Sequence record: NC_049849.1
Strand: one strand, 5' to 3'
DNA length: 64,000 nucleotides
The notes under the pieces are model-generated. The model saw nothing but the letters and a program-made list of their open reading frames with translations. It made no database searches and had not been told where the DNA came from. A program made the translations under genes and the position numbers. Position 1 is the first letter of the stretch. Every line of letters begins with the position of its first letter. This document shows, piece after piece, positions 45,518 through 54,646 of this stretch.

Positions 45518-45526
45518 TCGTAAATA
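45518..45526 (+). promoter_or_regulatory. TCGTAAATA putative phage promoter
   Basis: Exact 9-mer just after the topoisomerase stop codon. Confidence 0.55.
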
Positions 45527-45535
45527 GAGGATGGA

Positions 45536-45781
45536 ATGGCAGCGTTGAAAGATAAGCAGTGCGTGATATGCGGTGAGGTAGGCGGCCTTAAAAATATTGT
45601 AGAGCATGCCAAGACACGTAAGGGTGTCGAGTACATGCGATACGGTACGGTCTGCAAGTACTGTGACGCTGACTACACCACCAGCGACCAGTGGACCGCA
45701 TCCATGAAAAATTTGAGAGAAGCACATGACGAAATCGAAAGACGCTACCAAAACCCCGAGCAAGCCGAGCTTCCGATTTAG
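45536..45781 (+). CDS. small zinc-ribbon protein
   Basis: CVIC...CKYC; GAGG SD. Confidence 0.6.
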   Translation: MAALKDKQCVICGEVGGLKNIVEHAKTRKGVEYMRYGTVCKYCDADYTTSDQWTASMKNLREAHDEIERRYQNPEQAELPI

Positions 45782-45941
45782 CGATCAGAAGTTTTCGCTG
45801 AAAGAACTGGAAGACATGGTCGAGCAGAGCCGCGACTGTGGTGACGGGCTTGACGCAATGATGGGCGACGAAGGTTTCGGCTGCGAAATCGTCGCTCAGC
45901 TCATCGCACACATCAAGAAACTCAACAAGGAAAAGAAGTAA
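45726..45941 (+). CDS. hypothetical protein
   Basis: Overlaps the upstream gene; start uncertain. Confidence 0.45.
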   Translation: MTKSKDATKTPSKPSFRFSDQKFSLKELEDMVEQSRDCGDGLDAMMGDEGFGCEIVAQLIAHIKKLNKEKK

Positions 45942-46180
45942 TGTCGTACTTTGAAGAAACCGTTCGACTGTTGGACAAAGCTTGGCGTGAGCCGGTGCCT
46001 GTACGTGCCAACATCTGCGCGGCGCTACTTCCTCGAGTCATCAATGCGTACCAAAAGGTAGCGGCACGCAATATGCACGAAGAAGCAGCAACGCTGTCGA
46101 GCTGGATCGAAGATATCGGGGCCCTGCTGTACGTGAATGCGCAGCTTAAGCTGGAAGGCGTGGCCGCCAAAGCAGAGTAA
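45941..46180 (+). CDS. hypothetical protein
   Basis: TAATG coupling. Confidence 0.55.
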   Translation: MSYFEETVRLLDKAWREPVPVRANICAALLPRVINAYQKVAARNMHEEAATLSSWIEDIGALLYVNAQLKLEGVAAKAE

Positions 46181-46183
46181 ACC

Positions 46184-46220
46184 AAAGGGTGGGCCACTAG
46201 CGGGTACCACCCTTTATTTT
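46184..46220 (+). terminator. Rho-independent terminator
   Basis: AAAGGGTGG...CCACCCTTT followed by ATTTTT. Confidence 0.7.
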
Positions 46221-46239
46221 TGTCTATGGAGCGTGTGAC

Positions 46240-47052
46240 GTGCCAACTTCGTATTTGAAGACATTGAGCGAGAAAGGCAAGGGCTCAGTGCCTGAGCTGG
46301 AGAAGCAGTGGGAGAAAGCTAAGGCAGACGCCAAGGCGCAAGGCCAGGCGGATAACTGGGCGTATGTCACGGGTATCTTTAAGCGGCGTATCGGCGCGTC
46401 TGCGTTCAGCGATAACTGGATGGACAACGAAGACCGCCTGGCCGCTGTCGATCCTGTAAATCAGTTTGCGACTGAGACGGTCGCGGATGTGAACGCAGAA
46501 CATCGACTGAACGCCGCAGCCTTTCTGAGGTCGTTGCCCGATCAAGCGAACCGCGGAGCATGCCGTACGGCGTTGTTCTCATATCTGTATGGTCGGAACA
46601 CTCCGCAAGAAGTGGAGTTGGCTCTTATGCGCCGCCAGGTCTATGCCGGGCGTGAGAGTGGCAAGGGTGCGGGCATTTTCTTCTACTGCCCAGGTACGGA
46701 CCGATTCCTCATGGTCAAGCGTTCGGCCTACGGCGATGAAGCCGAGTCCTGGGCCACGCTGGGCGGTGGAGTAGACGAAGGCGAGGAGCACGAAGAAGCG
46801 GCGTTGCGTGAAGCTCTGGAAGAAGGGCGGTTCATAGGCGAGGTCGAGCTGATTCCTATGTACACGTCTTATCAGGAAGACTTCAAGTACTACAACTTCC
46901 TTGGCATTGTCGAAGAAGAGTTCACGCCAGTCTTGAACGAAGAGCACACGGATTATGGTTGGTTCTATGCAGACGACTTCCCGCAGCCGATTCTCGAGCC
47001 ATTCCAAGATGCACTGAACGAATCCCCGATCAAACAACACTTCGGATTTTGA
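46240..47052 (+). CDS. Nudix hydrolase with N-terminal extra domains
   Basis: Nudix box GGGVDEGEEHEEAALREALEEG; LNEEHTDYGWF. Confidence 0.85.
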   Translation: MPTSYLKTLSEKGKGSVPELEKQWEKAKADAKAQGQADNWAYVTGIFKRRIGASAFSDNWMDNEDRLAAVDPVNQFATETVADVNAEHRLNAAAFLRSLPDQANRGACRTALFSYLYGRNTPQEVELALMRRQVYAGRESGKGAGIFFYCPGTDRFLMVKRSAYGDEAESWATLGGGVDEGEEHEEAALREALEEGRFIGEVELIPMYTSYQEDFKYYNFLGIVEEEFTPVLNEEHTDYGWFYADDFPQPILEPFQDALNESPIKQHFGF

Positions 47053-47053
47053 A

Positions 47054-47536
47054 ATGACCTGCCCGATGGTTACCGTTTATAGCAAAGATGGGTGCACGCT
47101 GCACTCATTCAAGATGGGTCAGAGCGATACGTGGACCAAGCTGAACGCAGTGCTTGCCCTGCACTACGACCAGCCGTTCAGTGTGCGCGTTACGGTCCCA
47201 GCTCGCAAGCACGCGACTGCAGGCACGTGGGAACATAACCCCGACGACGAGTTCCCTATCTCTGTAGAACGTCCGGCATTGAAGTCGTGGTATCAGGAAA
47301 CGATTGTCGAAGTGCACGAAGTCATGTTGAACATCGGCACGTTTGAGGAGCGCGGCCATTACCTGGCTGGATATCTTGATGGTCGCATCGCCAAAGGCAG
47401 GGCGAGTTCGCCCATGGTCGCACATATGAAGTCCGATGTGTCGAAGCTGCGCAAGATCATGGCCGAAGTTGACGACGCCAAAGAAACGCTCGGGCACGCG
47501 CTGAACAAGCTCAAAGACTTTCTGGAGCGCAAGTAA
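47054..47536 (+). CDS. hypothetical protein
   Basis: Abuts the upstream stop. Confidence 0.6.
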   Translation: MTCPMVTVYSKDGCTLHSFKMGQSDTWTKLNAVLALHYDQPFSVRVTVPARKHATAGTWEHNPDDEFPISVERPALKSWYQETIVEVHEVMLNIGTFEERGHYLAGYLDGRIAKGRASSPMVAHMKSDVSKLRKIMAEVDDAKETLGHALNKLKDFLERK

Positions 47537-47643
47537 TGGATTGGCTAATTTTCATTGAGACGTTTGGCAAGTGGGTAGTGTGCCCAGTAGCGGTTGCCTG
47601 GGTGCTGGTAACCATGGTTAAGAACTGCTAAGGGAGTTACAAA

Positions 47644-47985
47644 GTGTTCAAGCCGGGTGATCTTGCAATCATCACTCGCGGTCCAGGCATCGGGCAGATT
47701 GTACAGTTGAAGTATTGCCCTCTTGGATGCAGCCACAACGTTGAGGTGGCAGAGACGGGTGATAACATCAACGCAGTGAAGCTGGAAGGTCAGACCTGGC
47801 AGGTTCACACAAAACATGGCACGCCGTGGGTCGTAGAGGCTCAAGGCATGCCGGTATTATGGGTTAGCGGCGGCGGTGTCCCGCGAGCCTTTCATCTATT
47901 CATCAAGGGTGAGACGCAATTGCGCAAACTCGAAGATGATCCAACACCGGCCGAAGTGCTGGAAACTGAACTGGAGTGTGTATGA
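47644..47985 (+). CDS. hypothetical protein
   Basis: AAGGGAG SD; MFKPGDLAII start. Confidence 0.6.
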   Translation: MFKPGDLAIITRGPGIGQIVQLKYCPLGCSHNVEVAETGDNINAVKLEGQTWQVHTKHGTPWVVEAQGMPVLWVSGGGVPRAFHLFIKGETQLRKLEDDPTPAEVLETELECV

Positions 47986-48482
47986 AGAATGATCCTGTAG
48001 AAGCAGTCGAGTGCGAAGAAGCTGAACCGCTGCGGCCTGAACCTGAATCCGAGCCCGCGCAGAGCGAAGAGTTCTACGACATGGGCAAGCCCCAGCCCGT
48101 GCCGGCTGAGCCTGTGACGACTGGCAACGACTTCGAACCGGAAGATGCTGAGCTTCTGCCGCCGGCTGCTGAAGACACGTACACGGACGAAGAAGAAACC
48201 AGTGCGTCGTATGTTCCGGTCTCCTGGTATCGCGTGATCGCGGTGACTGGCATGGTGGATCGACTGGTCAAGGATGATCCGGTCGAACGTACCAAGACGT
48301 TCACTACTGAACCCGCTACGATTTCGATTGTGGTGCAAACGATTGGCAACATCGTGGCCGACTTCCAAAGCGTCAAGACCCACCTCGGTGCTGCGTGGTC
48401 GAATGTGCGCCTGCTGTCCTACACGGAGCTGCCGACCACGGTCACTCTTGAGCAACTCAAAGACCTCGGGTTCAATCAATAA
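47982..48482 (+). CDS. acidic hypothetical protein
   Basis: ATGA overlap; E/P-rich N-terminus. Confidence 0.65.
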   Translation: MKNDPVEAVECEEAEPLRPEPESEPAQSEEFYDMGKPQPVPAEPVTTGNDFEPEDAELLPPAAEDTYTDEEETSASYVPVSWYRVIAVTGMVDRLVKDDPVERTKTFTTEPATISIVVQTIGNIVADFQSVKTHLGAAWSNVRLLSYTELPTTVTLEQLKDLGFNQ

Positions 48483-48802
48483 TGCGTACGTCATACGTCA
48501 AAGGCCTGAGAGAGCGCTTGCACGTTTCCGCAGCCAAGCATGGCAGGATTGCGGATCACACGGTACGAGCTTCCTATCTTGATGCAGCACAGTGGATTGA
48601 TATGCCCGGTATGAGCTGCGTCCGTTCTGGTTCGTCTGTCTTGTGGCGACGGCCAGGGCTGAGCATCAAGGTCATGCCTGAATCGAAGTCGATCTATGTA
48701 GATCGCGGAACTGGTATCAAGATCAAGTCTGAGATTGTGAAGTACGAGGGTATCAACGGCTTGCAGCAAACCCTGCTGCAGCTTGCACAACCCCAGCACT
48801 AG
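48482..48802 (+). CDS. hypothetical protein
   Basis: TAATG coupling. Confidence 0.55.
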   Translation: MRTSYVKGLRERLHVSAAKHGRIADHTVRASYLDAAQWIDMPGMSCVRSGSSVLWRRPGLSIKVMPESKSIYVDRGTGIKIKSEIVKYEGINGLQQTLLQLAQPQH

Positions 48803-48823
48803 CACTAGCAAAAGGAAAACAAA

Positions 48824-49429
48824 GTGAGCACTATCAAACTCCTTAGAGGCGGTCGCATTGAAGCGTACACGCCCGACCGTGAGAATGGTTGGCAGCATCG
48901 TCAGTATCACGGTACCGCTATCATTTCGTTCCTGCAGTACCGTATCGATTACTGCCGTTGGACTCTGCGTGACTTTCTGTTCGCGCTGAACACCGGACCG
49001 GGTCGTACCGTCTTCAAGTACGAAGGTATCGAAGACTACATGAAGCTGCTTGACGTTGACCCCGTCGAGTCCGGTGCTCGCTTTGTTGACCTTCAACGTT
49101 TCTACGAAGAAACGGATTACACGCAGCTGGGCATGGGTGGTAAGGAACATGACATTTCTTACTGCGCTAGCCTGGTTGGTGAGAAGCAGCAAGAGGATTA
49201 CTACGACGGCGACTACTTGATGGTGCCGATTGGTAAGCGCCGTAGCTGGAGTGCATCATACACTCCTCTGGCCGAGTTCATTGATCTGCCGCTGGTGATT
49301 CGACCTGAGCTTCCGTTTCACGGACACAAGCCGCAAGAAGACAAGCGCACGTTCCATCGCAACTTTGACGTGTTCGAAGTCTACCGTTGCATCTTTGACG
49401 ACATTGGATTTACTTGGAGAGACGAATGA
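48824..49429 (+). CDS. hypothetical protein
   Basis: AAAAGGA SD; GTG start. Confidence 0.65.
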   Translation: MSTIKLLRGGRIEAYTPDRENGWQHRQYHGTAIISFLQYRIDYCRWTLRDFLFALNTGPGRTVFKYEGIEDYMKLLDVDPVESGARFVDLQRFYEETDYTQLGMGGKEHDISYCASLVGEKQQEDYYDGDYLMVPIGKRRSWSASYTPLAEFIDLPLVIRPELPFHGHKPQEDKRTFHRNFDVFEVYRCIFDDIGFTWRDE

Positions 49430-49959
49430 CTGTTAACGCAGCCGGCATGATTGATACGCCGGGCTATCTGGACAGTGAATACAAGATGAAGTTGAGGCCC
49501 AAGTGGCCGCTGGCTAAGCAGGCCCTGTATGATCGCCTGTATTTGGATATCGCTTGGCGCTTCTCCAAGATGAGCTATGCAATGCGTTTGAAGGTTGGGG
49601 TGTGCTTGGTCAAAGATGGACTGGTCGCTCCTGGCTGGAATGGCATGCCGGCCGGAGCGGACAATCAGTGTGAGCATTTGGTTGGCACCGAGTGGGTGAC
49701 GAACCCCGAAGTCAGCCATGCTGAAGAAAATGCGCTCGACAAGATCACGCGGTCTACGCTGTCATCGGTCGGCGCCGAACTCTACATGACGCATAGCCCG
49801 TGCGGTCATTGTGCAAAGCAAGTTGCCAACTCCGGTGTCGTGCGCGTTCTCTACGATGAGTCGTACCGTTCGGATGATGGCATCATCTATCTGCGTAATC
49901 GCGGAGTGCTGGTCCAGTCGTGGGCCGAGCTGTATGGCGCAGCGCGTCAACCGCAATGA
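49426..49959 (+). CDS. dCMP deaminase
   Basis: KVGVCLV, GWNGMP, HAEENA and SPCGHC zinc motifs. Confidence 0.9.
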   Translation: MTVNAAGMIDTPGYLDSEYKMKLRPKWPLAKQALYDRLYLDIAWRFSKMSYAMRLKVGVCLVKDGLVAPGWNGMPAGADNQCEHLVGTEWVTNPEVSHAEENALDKITRSTLSSVGAELYMTHSPCGHCAKQVANSGVVRVLYDESYRSDDGIIYLRNRGVLVQSWAELYGAARQPQ

Positions 49960-49982
49960 AGTGAATTTGCAGCTACCCAGGT

Positions 49983-50030
49983 AAAAGAAAAGCCCCTAGA
50001 GACGAAAATTCTCTAGGGGCTTTTTTTGCT
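49983..50030. terminator. bidirectional Rho-independent terminator at the strand switch
   Basis: AAAAGCCCCTAGAG...CTCTAGGGGCTTTT flanked by an A-tract and a T-tract between convergent genes. Confidence 0.9.
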
Positions 50031-50043
50031 TTGTGCCTAGTAC

Positions 50044-50805
50044 TTAGGCGTCGCTACCTTCAGCAATGAAGTCAACGATTTCATCAGCGTACTCGGGAGC
50101 GTATGCGAATGCGCGCTTCCAGTAGTCAGCTTCGCTGGCCTTGGTCGAGGCTTTGACCGGGAACGATGCCATGATCTTGTGGTGAACTTCACGCGGAATT
50201 TCGACAGGGTAGAAACCTGCAACCATGCGATTCGGCACCACCACTTCAGTCTTGGTCGTATGGCTCACCACCTTGCACTTGTCAGGAGCAGTGCGGATGA
50301 TGAAGCCGTAATCCATGTCACCCGAGGGAGTCACGAAAGCGGCGACCTCGCCACGACGGCCTTGGCCGATAGTCAGCTGATTGACCTTCGGCGTATAACC
50401 ACGGCCAAACTCGGCGGAAGCTTCGACTCGATTGTCGATCAACTCCGACAGGTTCTCATTGCCATGACGCGCAAGGTACGAACCACCCGAGCCACTCTTC
50501 ACTTCCCACAGCGACTCATCGGCTTTGTCCATAACAATGTTGGCAGCCGAACTCAGCAGGCGGTACTTGGCAGTCAGCTCTTGCTTCTCGATCACGCGCA
50601 CTTCACGATTGGCGCGGACGAAGCCGGCATACACGCCCTGCTTGACCTTGCGGAAAGAATTCTCAACAGGAGCACCAAGGTACTGCAGCTGTTCGCAGAT
50701 GGATGCGTGAATTTGCGACTTGGTCGGATTGCCCGTGGTGGTGACGATGACCTTAGCCAGGGTCGGGGTTTCCATAACGCGGTCAGTGATGTTTACGGTA
50801 TACAT
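50044..50805 (-). CDS. putative virion-associated protein
   Basis: End of the - strand structural block; GGAG SD. Confidence 0.65.
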   Translation of the reverse strand: MYTVNITDRVMETPTLAKVIVTTTGNPTKSQIHASICEQLQYLGAPVENSFRKVKQGVYAGFVRANREVRVIEKQELTAKYRLLSSAANIVMDKADESLWEVKSGSGGSYLARHGNENLSELIDNRVEASAEFGRGYTPKVNQLTIGQGRRGEVAAFVTPSGDMDYGFIIRTAPDKCKVVSHTTKTEVVVPNRMVAGFYPVEIPREVHHKIMASFPVKASTKASEADYWKRAFAYAPEYADEIVDFIAEGSDA

Positions 50806-50890
50806 TTTTGAATCTCCGATTGTGAACCTCTAATGGGTAGCGGATTGAGAGCCCTATTTACAGGGCTTGGAATGAAAATGCGTTATGCGA

Positions 50891-51343
50891 TTACGCTTGG
50901 ATGAGCGACGGAATCATGTGCTCAACCAATGCTCGCAAACGAGGTGCTTTCGCAAGCGCTTTACTCTGGCTTTGGCGGGAGTCAGCAAACTTTCTGACCA
51001 GCTCTTTCTTCGCAGATGCCGCATCCTTGAACTTGTTTGTGTCGATTTGGCCCACTACGATGAGGTTCTTGGAGGTGCCCGGTACTTTACCCTCGACCGT
51101 AATACGGAGTTGTCCGTACTTCGACATAGCGATTTCGCCACGAACTGGATATGCGTCCATAGAATCTTCGCTAATCGTCTTAGAGAACGAAACGATCTGA
51201 ACCGGTCCTTGCTCCTGGTCTTTGCCTTTGCCTAGATACTTGGTAAACACGGCGTAGCATTTACCGGCGACTTCCATGTCCATAGAGTTGGCCACGACCT
51301 TGGCAGCGTTGAGGCGCGCTTGAGCTTGAATACGCATAGCCAT
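50891..51343 (-). CDS. putative virion-associated protein
   Basis: Directly downstream of the tail tube gene; AAAGGA SD. Confidence 0.65.
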   Translation of the reverse strand: MAMRIQAQARLNAAKVVANSMDMEVAGKCYAVFTKYLGKGKDQEQGPVQIVSFSKTISEDSMDAYPVRGEIAMSKYGQLRITVEGKVPGTSKNLIVVGQIDTNKFKDAASAKKELVRKFADSRQSQSKALAKAPRLRALVEHMIPSLIQA

Positions 51344-51346
51344 CCT

Positions 51347-51856
51347 TTATTGAACGAGGAACCAGTCGGTGTATTTGAACGAGACCGAGATTTCAACCGG
51401 ACCAGAAGTCGAGCCGTCAAGGCTAGTCTCTTGCAGGTTTTCGGGCCAGATGTAGTTGATCTGCCACGTCTTGATCGGCTGCGGAATATCGTCGTACGTC
51501 ACCAGCAGGCACGGCACTGCATAGGTATTGAAGTACGAACCAGAGTTCTGTCTCCAAGACCGTGCAAGCTCAATCCAGTTGGTGAAGATATCACGAGTGC
51601 CCCAGTCGGCCGTTTCGTGCAGCGTAACGTTCAGAGTTTGAGTGAACATACGGCGGCCAGCATACGGAACCACCACGCCATGCAGCGCGACTTCCAAGGG
51701 CTCCAACTGCGTACCGGGCATGTCGGTAGTCTTCACGCGGTAGGTCAGACTGCGAGTGTCTGCCATGCCGGGGATCGACGGAAAGAACAAATCGAAGTTC
51801 CAGGCCTGTGCGGGATCGCCAAGACTCAGAACATCTTCAAGTGATGTACGTGCCAT
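51347..51856 (-). CDS. tail tube protein (T4 gp19-like)
   Basis: WNFDLFFP...RVKTTDMPG..LEPLEV..HG..VPYAGRRMFTQTLNVT...W...IWP...ISVSFKY pattern. Confidence 0.8.
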   Translation of the reverse strand: MARTSLEDVLSLGDPAQAWNFDLFFPSIPGMADTRSLTYRVKTTDMPGTQLEPLEVALHGVVVPYAGRRMFTQTLNVTLHETADWGTRDIFTNWIELARSWRQNSGSYFNTYAVPCLLVTYDDIPQPIKTWQINYIWPENLQETSLDGSTSGPVEISVSFKYTDWFLVQ

Positions 51857-51867
51857 GTAATTCTCCT

Positions 51868-53043
51868 TTAGTACCGGCTATCCATTGCGGTGACAGAGTT
51901 GCCACTGTAGCTGACATATAGGCCGAGCTTCTTACTGATGAGCATGTTGCCAGCGGCTGGGTGAAAGCCTTGGTCACGCAAAATTCCAACCACCGAGTCC
52001 TTGGGTGCGGTGAAGACTGCGGCACTGACTTGACCCTTGATGCTGAATTCCATTTGCAAGCCTTGCACCGAAGGCACCATCGTTGAAATAGACAAGCAGG
52101 GCTCGCCATCAATCAAGTTGCGGAATGCAAACAGCAGGTCGCGGAATTTGGGGAGCACTTCGCCCAGCAGGATCACCGTAGTGCCCCAGCCGTTCGAGTT
52201 CTCTTTGACCAGGATAGGCATGCGTTCGCCAATCGCCAGAAAGCGTGCGCGTCGCATCTTCGAGTCAATTTCCCAAGCTGCGGGCTTGAAAGGCTTGAAC
52301 CCAAGGCCGATGAAGTCGGAGAGCACGTCCTCGATATCCGAGTTACTGCGGAGTGTCAGGTCGATGCTGTTCAGCGAGTAATCGTTGATCGACGTTACCA
52401 GCTTCTTCATCAACTCTTCAGCGGCGCGCTTAACGTCGCTTTTGTTGGTAAAGGTTCTGGCTTCCATCGTAGATGCCCGCATCTTCATCTTTGTCTTCTT
52501 TGCTACTTTCTGCATGGTCTGCCCTTTACCCAGCATGATGATGCGTGTTTCGTCCTTCTTCATGACTTTCGGATCAACAGATTCGCCCAAGTACGTGAGG
52601 TCGCCATTCATTGCATGGTGGACGATGAACTGCGGATACTTCTGACCAAGCTTGGCCCATAGTCCGCTGGCGCCTTGGCTTTGAGTCTCACCCGCCATAA
52701 ACACCATACCCTTTTCCAAGAAGTAGGCGTAGATGGAATAGGCGAGACCCTTGCCTTGCTCAGTCTTCGCAATCAAAACGTGCGGAGTCCACACGTCTTT
52801 GTTCATCGTCTTCTCAAGCTCGAATCGTGCAACCACTTGCTTGGCACCGTCGATCACGGCATACGCATAGCCGAAGCGCGTTTCGCTGAACAAGGCCAGA
52901 GTGTATCCTGGCCGAAGTTCGACTGGCTTCTTCAGCTTCACCTCGCCCCTGGCAATGTCCTCAGTCATGCCGTTCAGCGTTGACTTTAGATTCTTGTCAG
53001 TGACTCGGTGGTTAGTGCGCAAGGCTTCAAGGTTGGGGGTCAT
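51868..53043 (-). CDS. GNAT-domain protein in the tail gene cluster
   Basis: IAKTEQGKGLAYSIY (acetyl-CoA motif A) and GETQSQGASGLWAKL; start trimmed to 53043 to avoid a 110-nt overlap. Confidence 0.6.
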   Translation of the reverse strand: MTPNLEALRTNHRVTDKNLKSTLNGMTEDIARGEVKLKKPVELRPGYTLALFSETRFGYAYAVIDGAKQVVARFELEKTMNKDVWTPHVLIAKTEQGKGLAYSIYAYFLEKGMVFMAGETQSQGASGLWAKLGQKYPQFIVHHAMNGDLTYLGESVDPKVMKKDETRIIMLGKGQTMQKVAKKTKMKMRASTMEARTFTNKSDVKRAAEELMKKLVTSINDYSLNSIDLTLRSNSDIEDVLSDFIGLGFKPFKPAAWEIDSKMRRARFLAIGERMPILVKENSNGWGTTVILLGEVLPKFRDLLFAFRNLIDGEPCLSISTMVPSVQGLQMEFSIKGQVSAAVFTAPKDSVVGILRDQGFHPAAGNMLISKKLGLYVSYSGNSVTAMDSRY

Positions 53044-53674
53044 TTTCGCCCCCACCAGAAGCTGGACCAGGAACCAAAGGCTCTTCGAGTTCTTCCGGCT
53101 CTTCTGGATCAGGAGTGACCGGAGTAGGTTCTGCAATCACGGACTGCACCAGGACCGTGCAAGTCATCAAGCGTTCCGACTGATAGTTGAATGCTTGGAT
53201 GCCAATCTCATACAGCGCCGAAAGGCCGCCGACGATCATGGTTTGCGATGCCAGTGTTTGCGAGTACACATCCAGCGCGTTGTCTTTCCAGTCCTCAATC
53301 GCCAGTCGCGTATAGCGCGTGAGAAAAGGATTTCCTTCGATAGCCTTCACCACGGTTTCTACACGATAGAACTCAGAGGGGTCCAGACCCTTGCAATCAG
53401 CACTGACGGCAACCCGCCAAGGGAGGCCATCGCTGCCAGTGTTAGAAATGATGTTGATCCCTTCCGCCATTGGAAGCGCGCCGTCCGTAGCATACAGCAC
53501 GACGCCAAGCTCCAAGCTGCCATCGGTCACCACAGTCCAGCCCGTTGCCGGAGCACCTGGAACCAAAGCACCAATAACAGGAGCAGCGCCGAAGCGCTTA
53601 ACGAAGTACGGCTGTATTCGGGGATCGGCAGGGAAAACCAGGTCGCCTTGTTTTACCGGGGCTGCCATATGCAC
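53027..53674 (-). CDS. putative virion protein, paralogue of the 53676 gene
   Basis: PAD.R...YFV, DG..ELGV and TV..A.EG shared. Confidence 0.65.
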   Translation of the reverse strand: MHMAAPVKQGDLVFPADPRIQPYFVKRFGAAPVIGALVPGAPATGWTVVTDGSLELGVVLYATDGALPMAEGINIISNTGSDGLPWRVAVSADCKGLDPSEFYRVETVVKAIEGNPFLTRYTRLAIEDWKDNALDVYSQTLASQTMIVGGLSALYEIGIQAFNYQSERLMTCTVLVQSVIAEPTPVTPDPEEPEELEEPLVPGPASGGGENDPQP

Positions 53675-53675
53675 C

Positions 53676-54578
53676 TCACTGAGCGTTGATGATGATGGAC
53701 GCAGTCATCAGTTGGCCGGTGAACCGATCTTCCGATGTGAGCCCCAGGACATAACGACCACGCCGGGTGCCGAAGTCGAGCTTGAAGATTGCAGACTGTT
53801 TGTCTTCTGGGTCAATGAAGTAATTGCCCAAGCGGTACTGTTCCGTCGCCGGAACCCATTCAATCGTACTGCCACGGCTCGGGTGTTCAATCTCTTCACC
53901 TTCAAAGGCGTTGATGACAGTGGTGATGATCTTGGACTGATTGACCGGATTATCATGCCGTGCATACGCAGACAGGATCACGTACCAGCCTTCACCATTC
54001 GTACCAAAGCGGTCGATGGTCACTTCATTGGCCGCATTCGATTCGAGGACCGTAGTGTCGTCATTCGTGTAGCGAACGGCAACGCCGAGTTCGACCAGAC
54101 CATCACGGCACACAGTGAAACCACCTTCATAGTCAGGCGGAGTGATCGTGGCGTTTTGAGTCGGCACAAAGTACGAAGGGAAACGCGAGTCAGCAGGAAT
54201 GTGCTCGTTGGTTTCGGGAACCGGATTTACTGGACCTGCAGCGAAGGCTGATGCAGTTGGTGCATCCTGTACGCTTGCGCCATCGGCGGCGGGATCGTCG
54301 CTGGACACTGAATCATCAGATTGTTGAAGGTCACCTTCAAGGCTAGCGCCGAGAGCGTTGACTTCGCCAGATACGTCAGCAGCAGAGTTGTCGTCATCAC
54401 TGGTTCCTTCGACTACAGGATCAGGTTCTTGGGATTGGTCGGGCTGAGTCACTTCTTGCTCAGCAGCTTGTTGTTCACCAGAGTTGTCCGTCGGCGTTTG
54501 TTGGCCCTCAGTATTCTCAGGGGCAGCAGACTCGGGCGGAGTTTGCTCGAGGTTTTGATCTTCTACTTGGTCGGTCAT
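53676..54578 (-). CDS. putative virion protein with acidic low-complexity N-terminus
   Basis: AAAGGGAG SD; paralogous C-terminal domain. Confidence 0.7.
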   Translation of the reverse strand: MTDQVEDQNLEQTPPESAAPENTEGQQTPTDNSGEQQAAEQEVTQPDQSQEPDPVVEGTSDDDNSAADVSGEVNALGASLEGDLQQSDDSVSSDDPAADGASVQDAPTASAFAAGPVNPVPETNEHIPADSRFPSYFVPTQNATITPPDYEGGFTVCRDGLVELGVAVRYTNDDTTVLESNAANEVTIDRFGTNGEGWYVILSAYARHDNPVNQSKIITTVINAFEGEEIEHPSRGSTIEWVPATEQYRLGNYFIDPEDKQSAIFKLDFGTRRGRYVLGLTSEDRFTGQLMTASIIINAQ

Positions 54579-54597
54579 TTAGTACTCCCTTTATTCC

Positions 54598-54607
54598 ATA
54601 TGAAATT
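54598..54607 (-). promoter_or_regulatory. AATTTCATAT putative late promoter
   Basis: Identical 10-mer at 61745-61754; 19 nt upstream of the start codon. Confidence 0.5.
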
Positions 54608-54646
54608 AGCAGCCCGGATAGATTAGTACCCAGGCTGCTAGTTCGA

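Noticed and set aside
53044-53136. N-terminal extension of the GNAT-domain ORF
   Set aside because: It would overlap the upstream gene by 110 nt; ATG 53043 has a purine-rich SD-like sequence.
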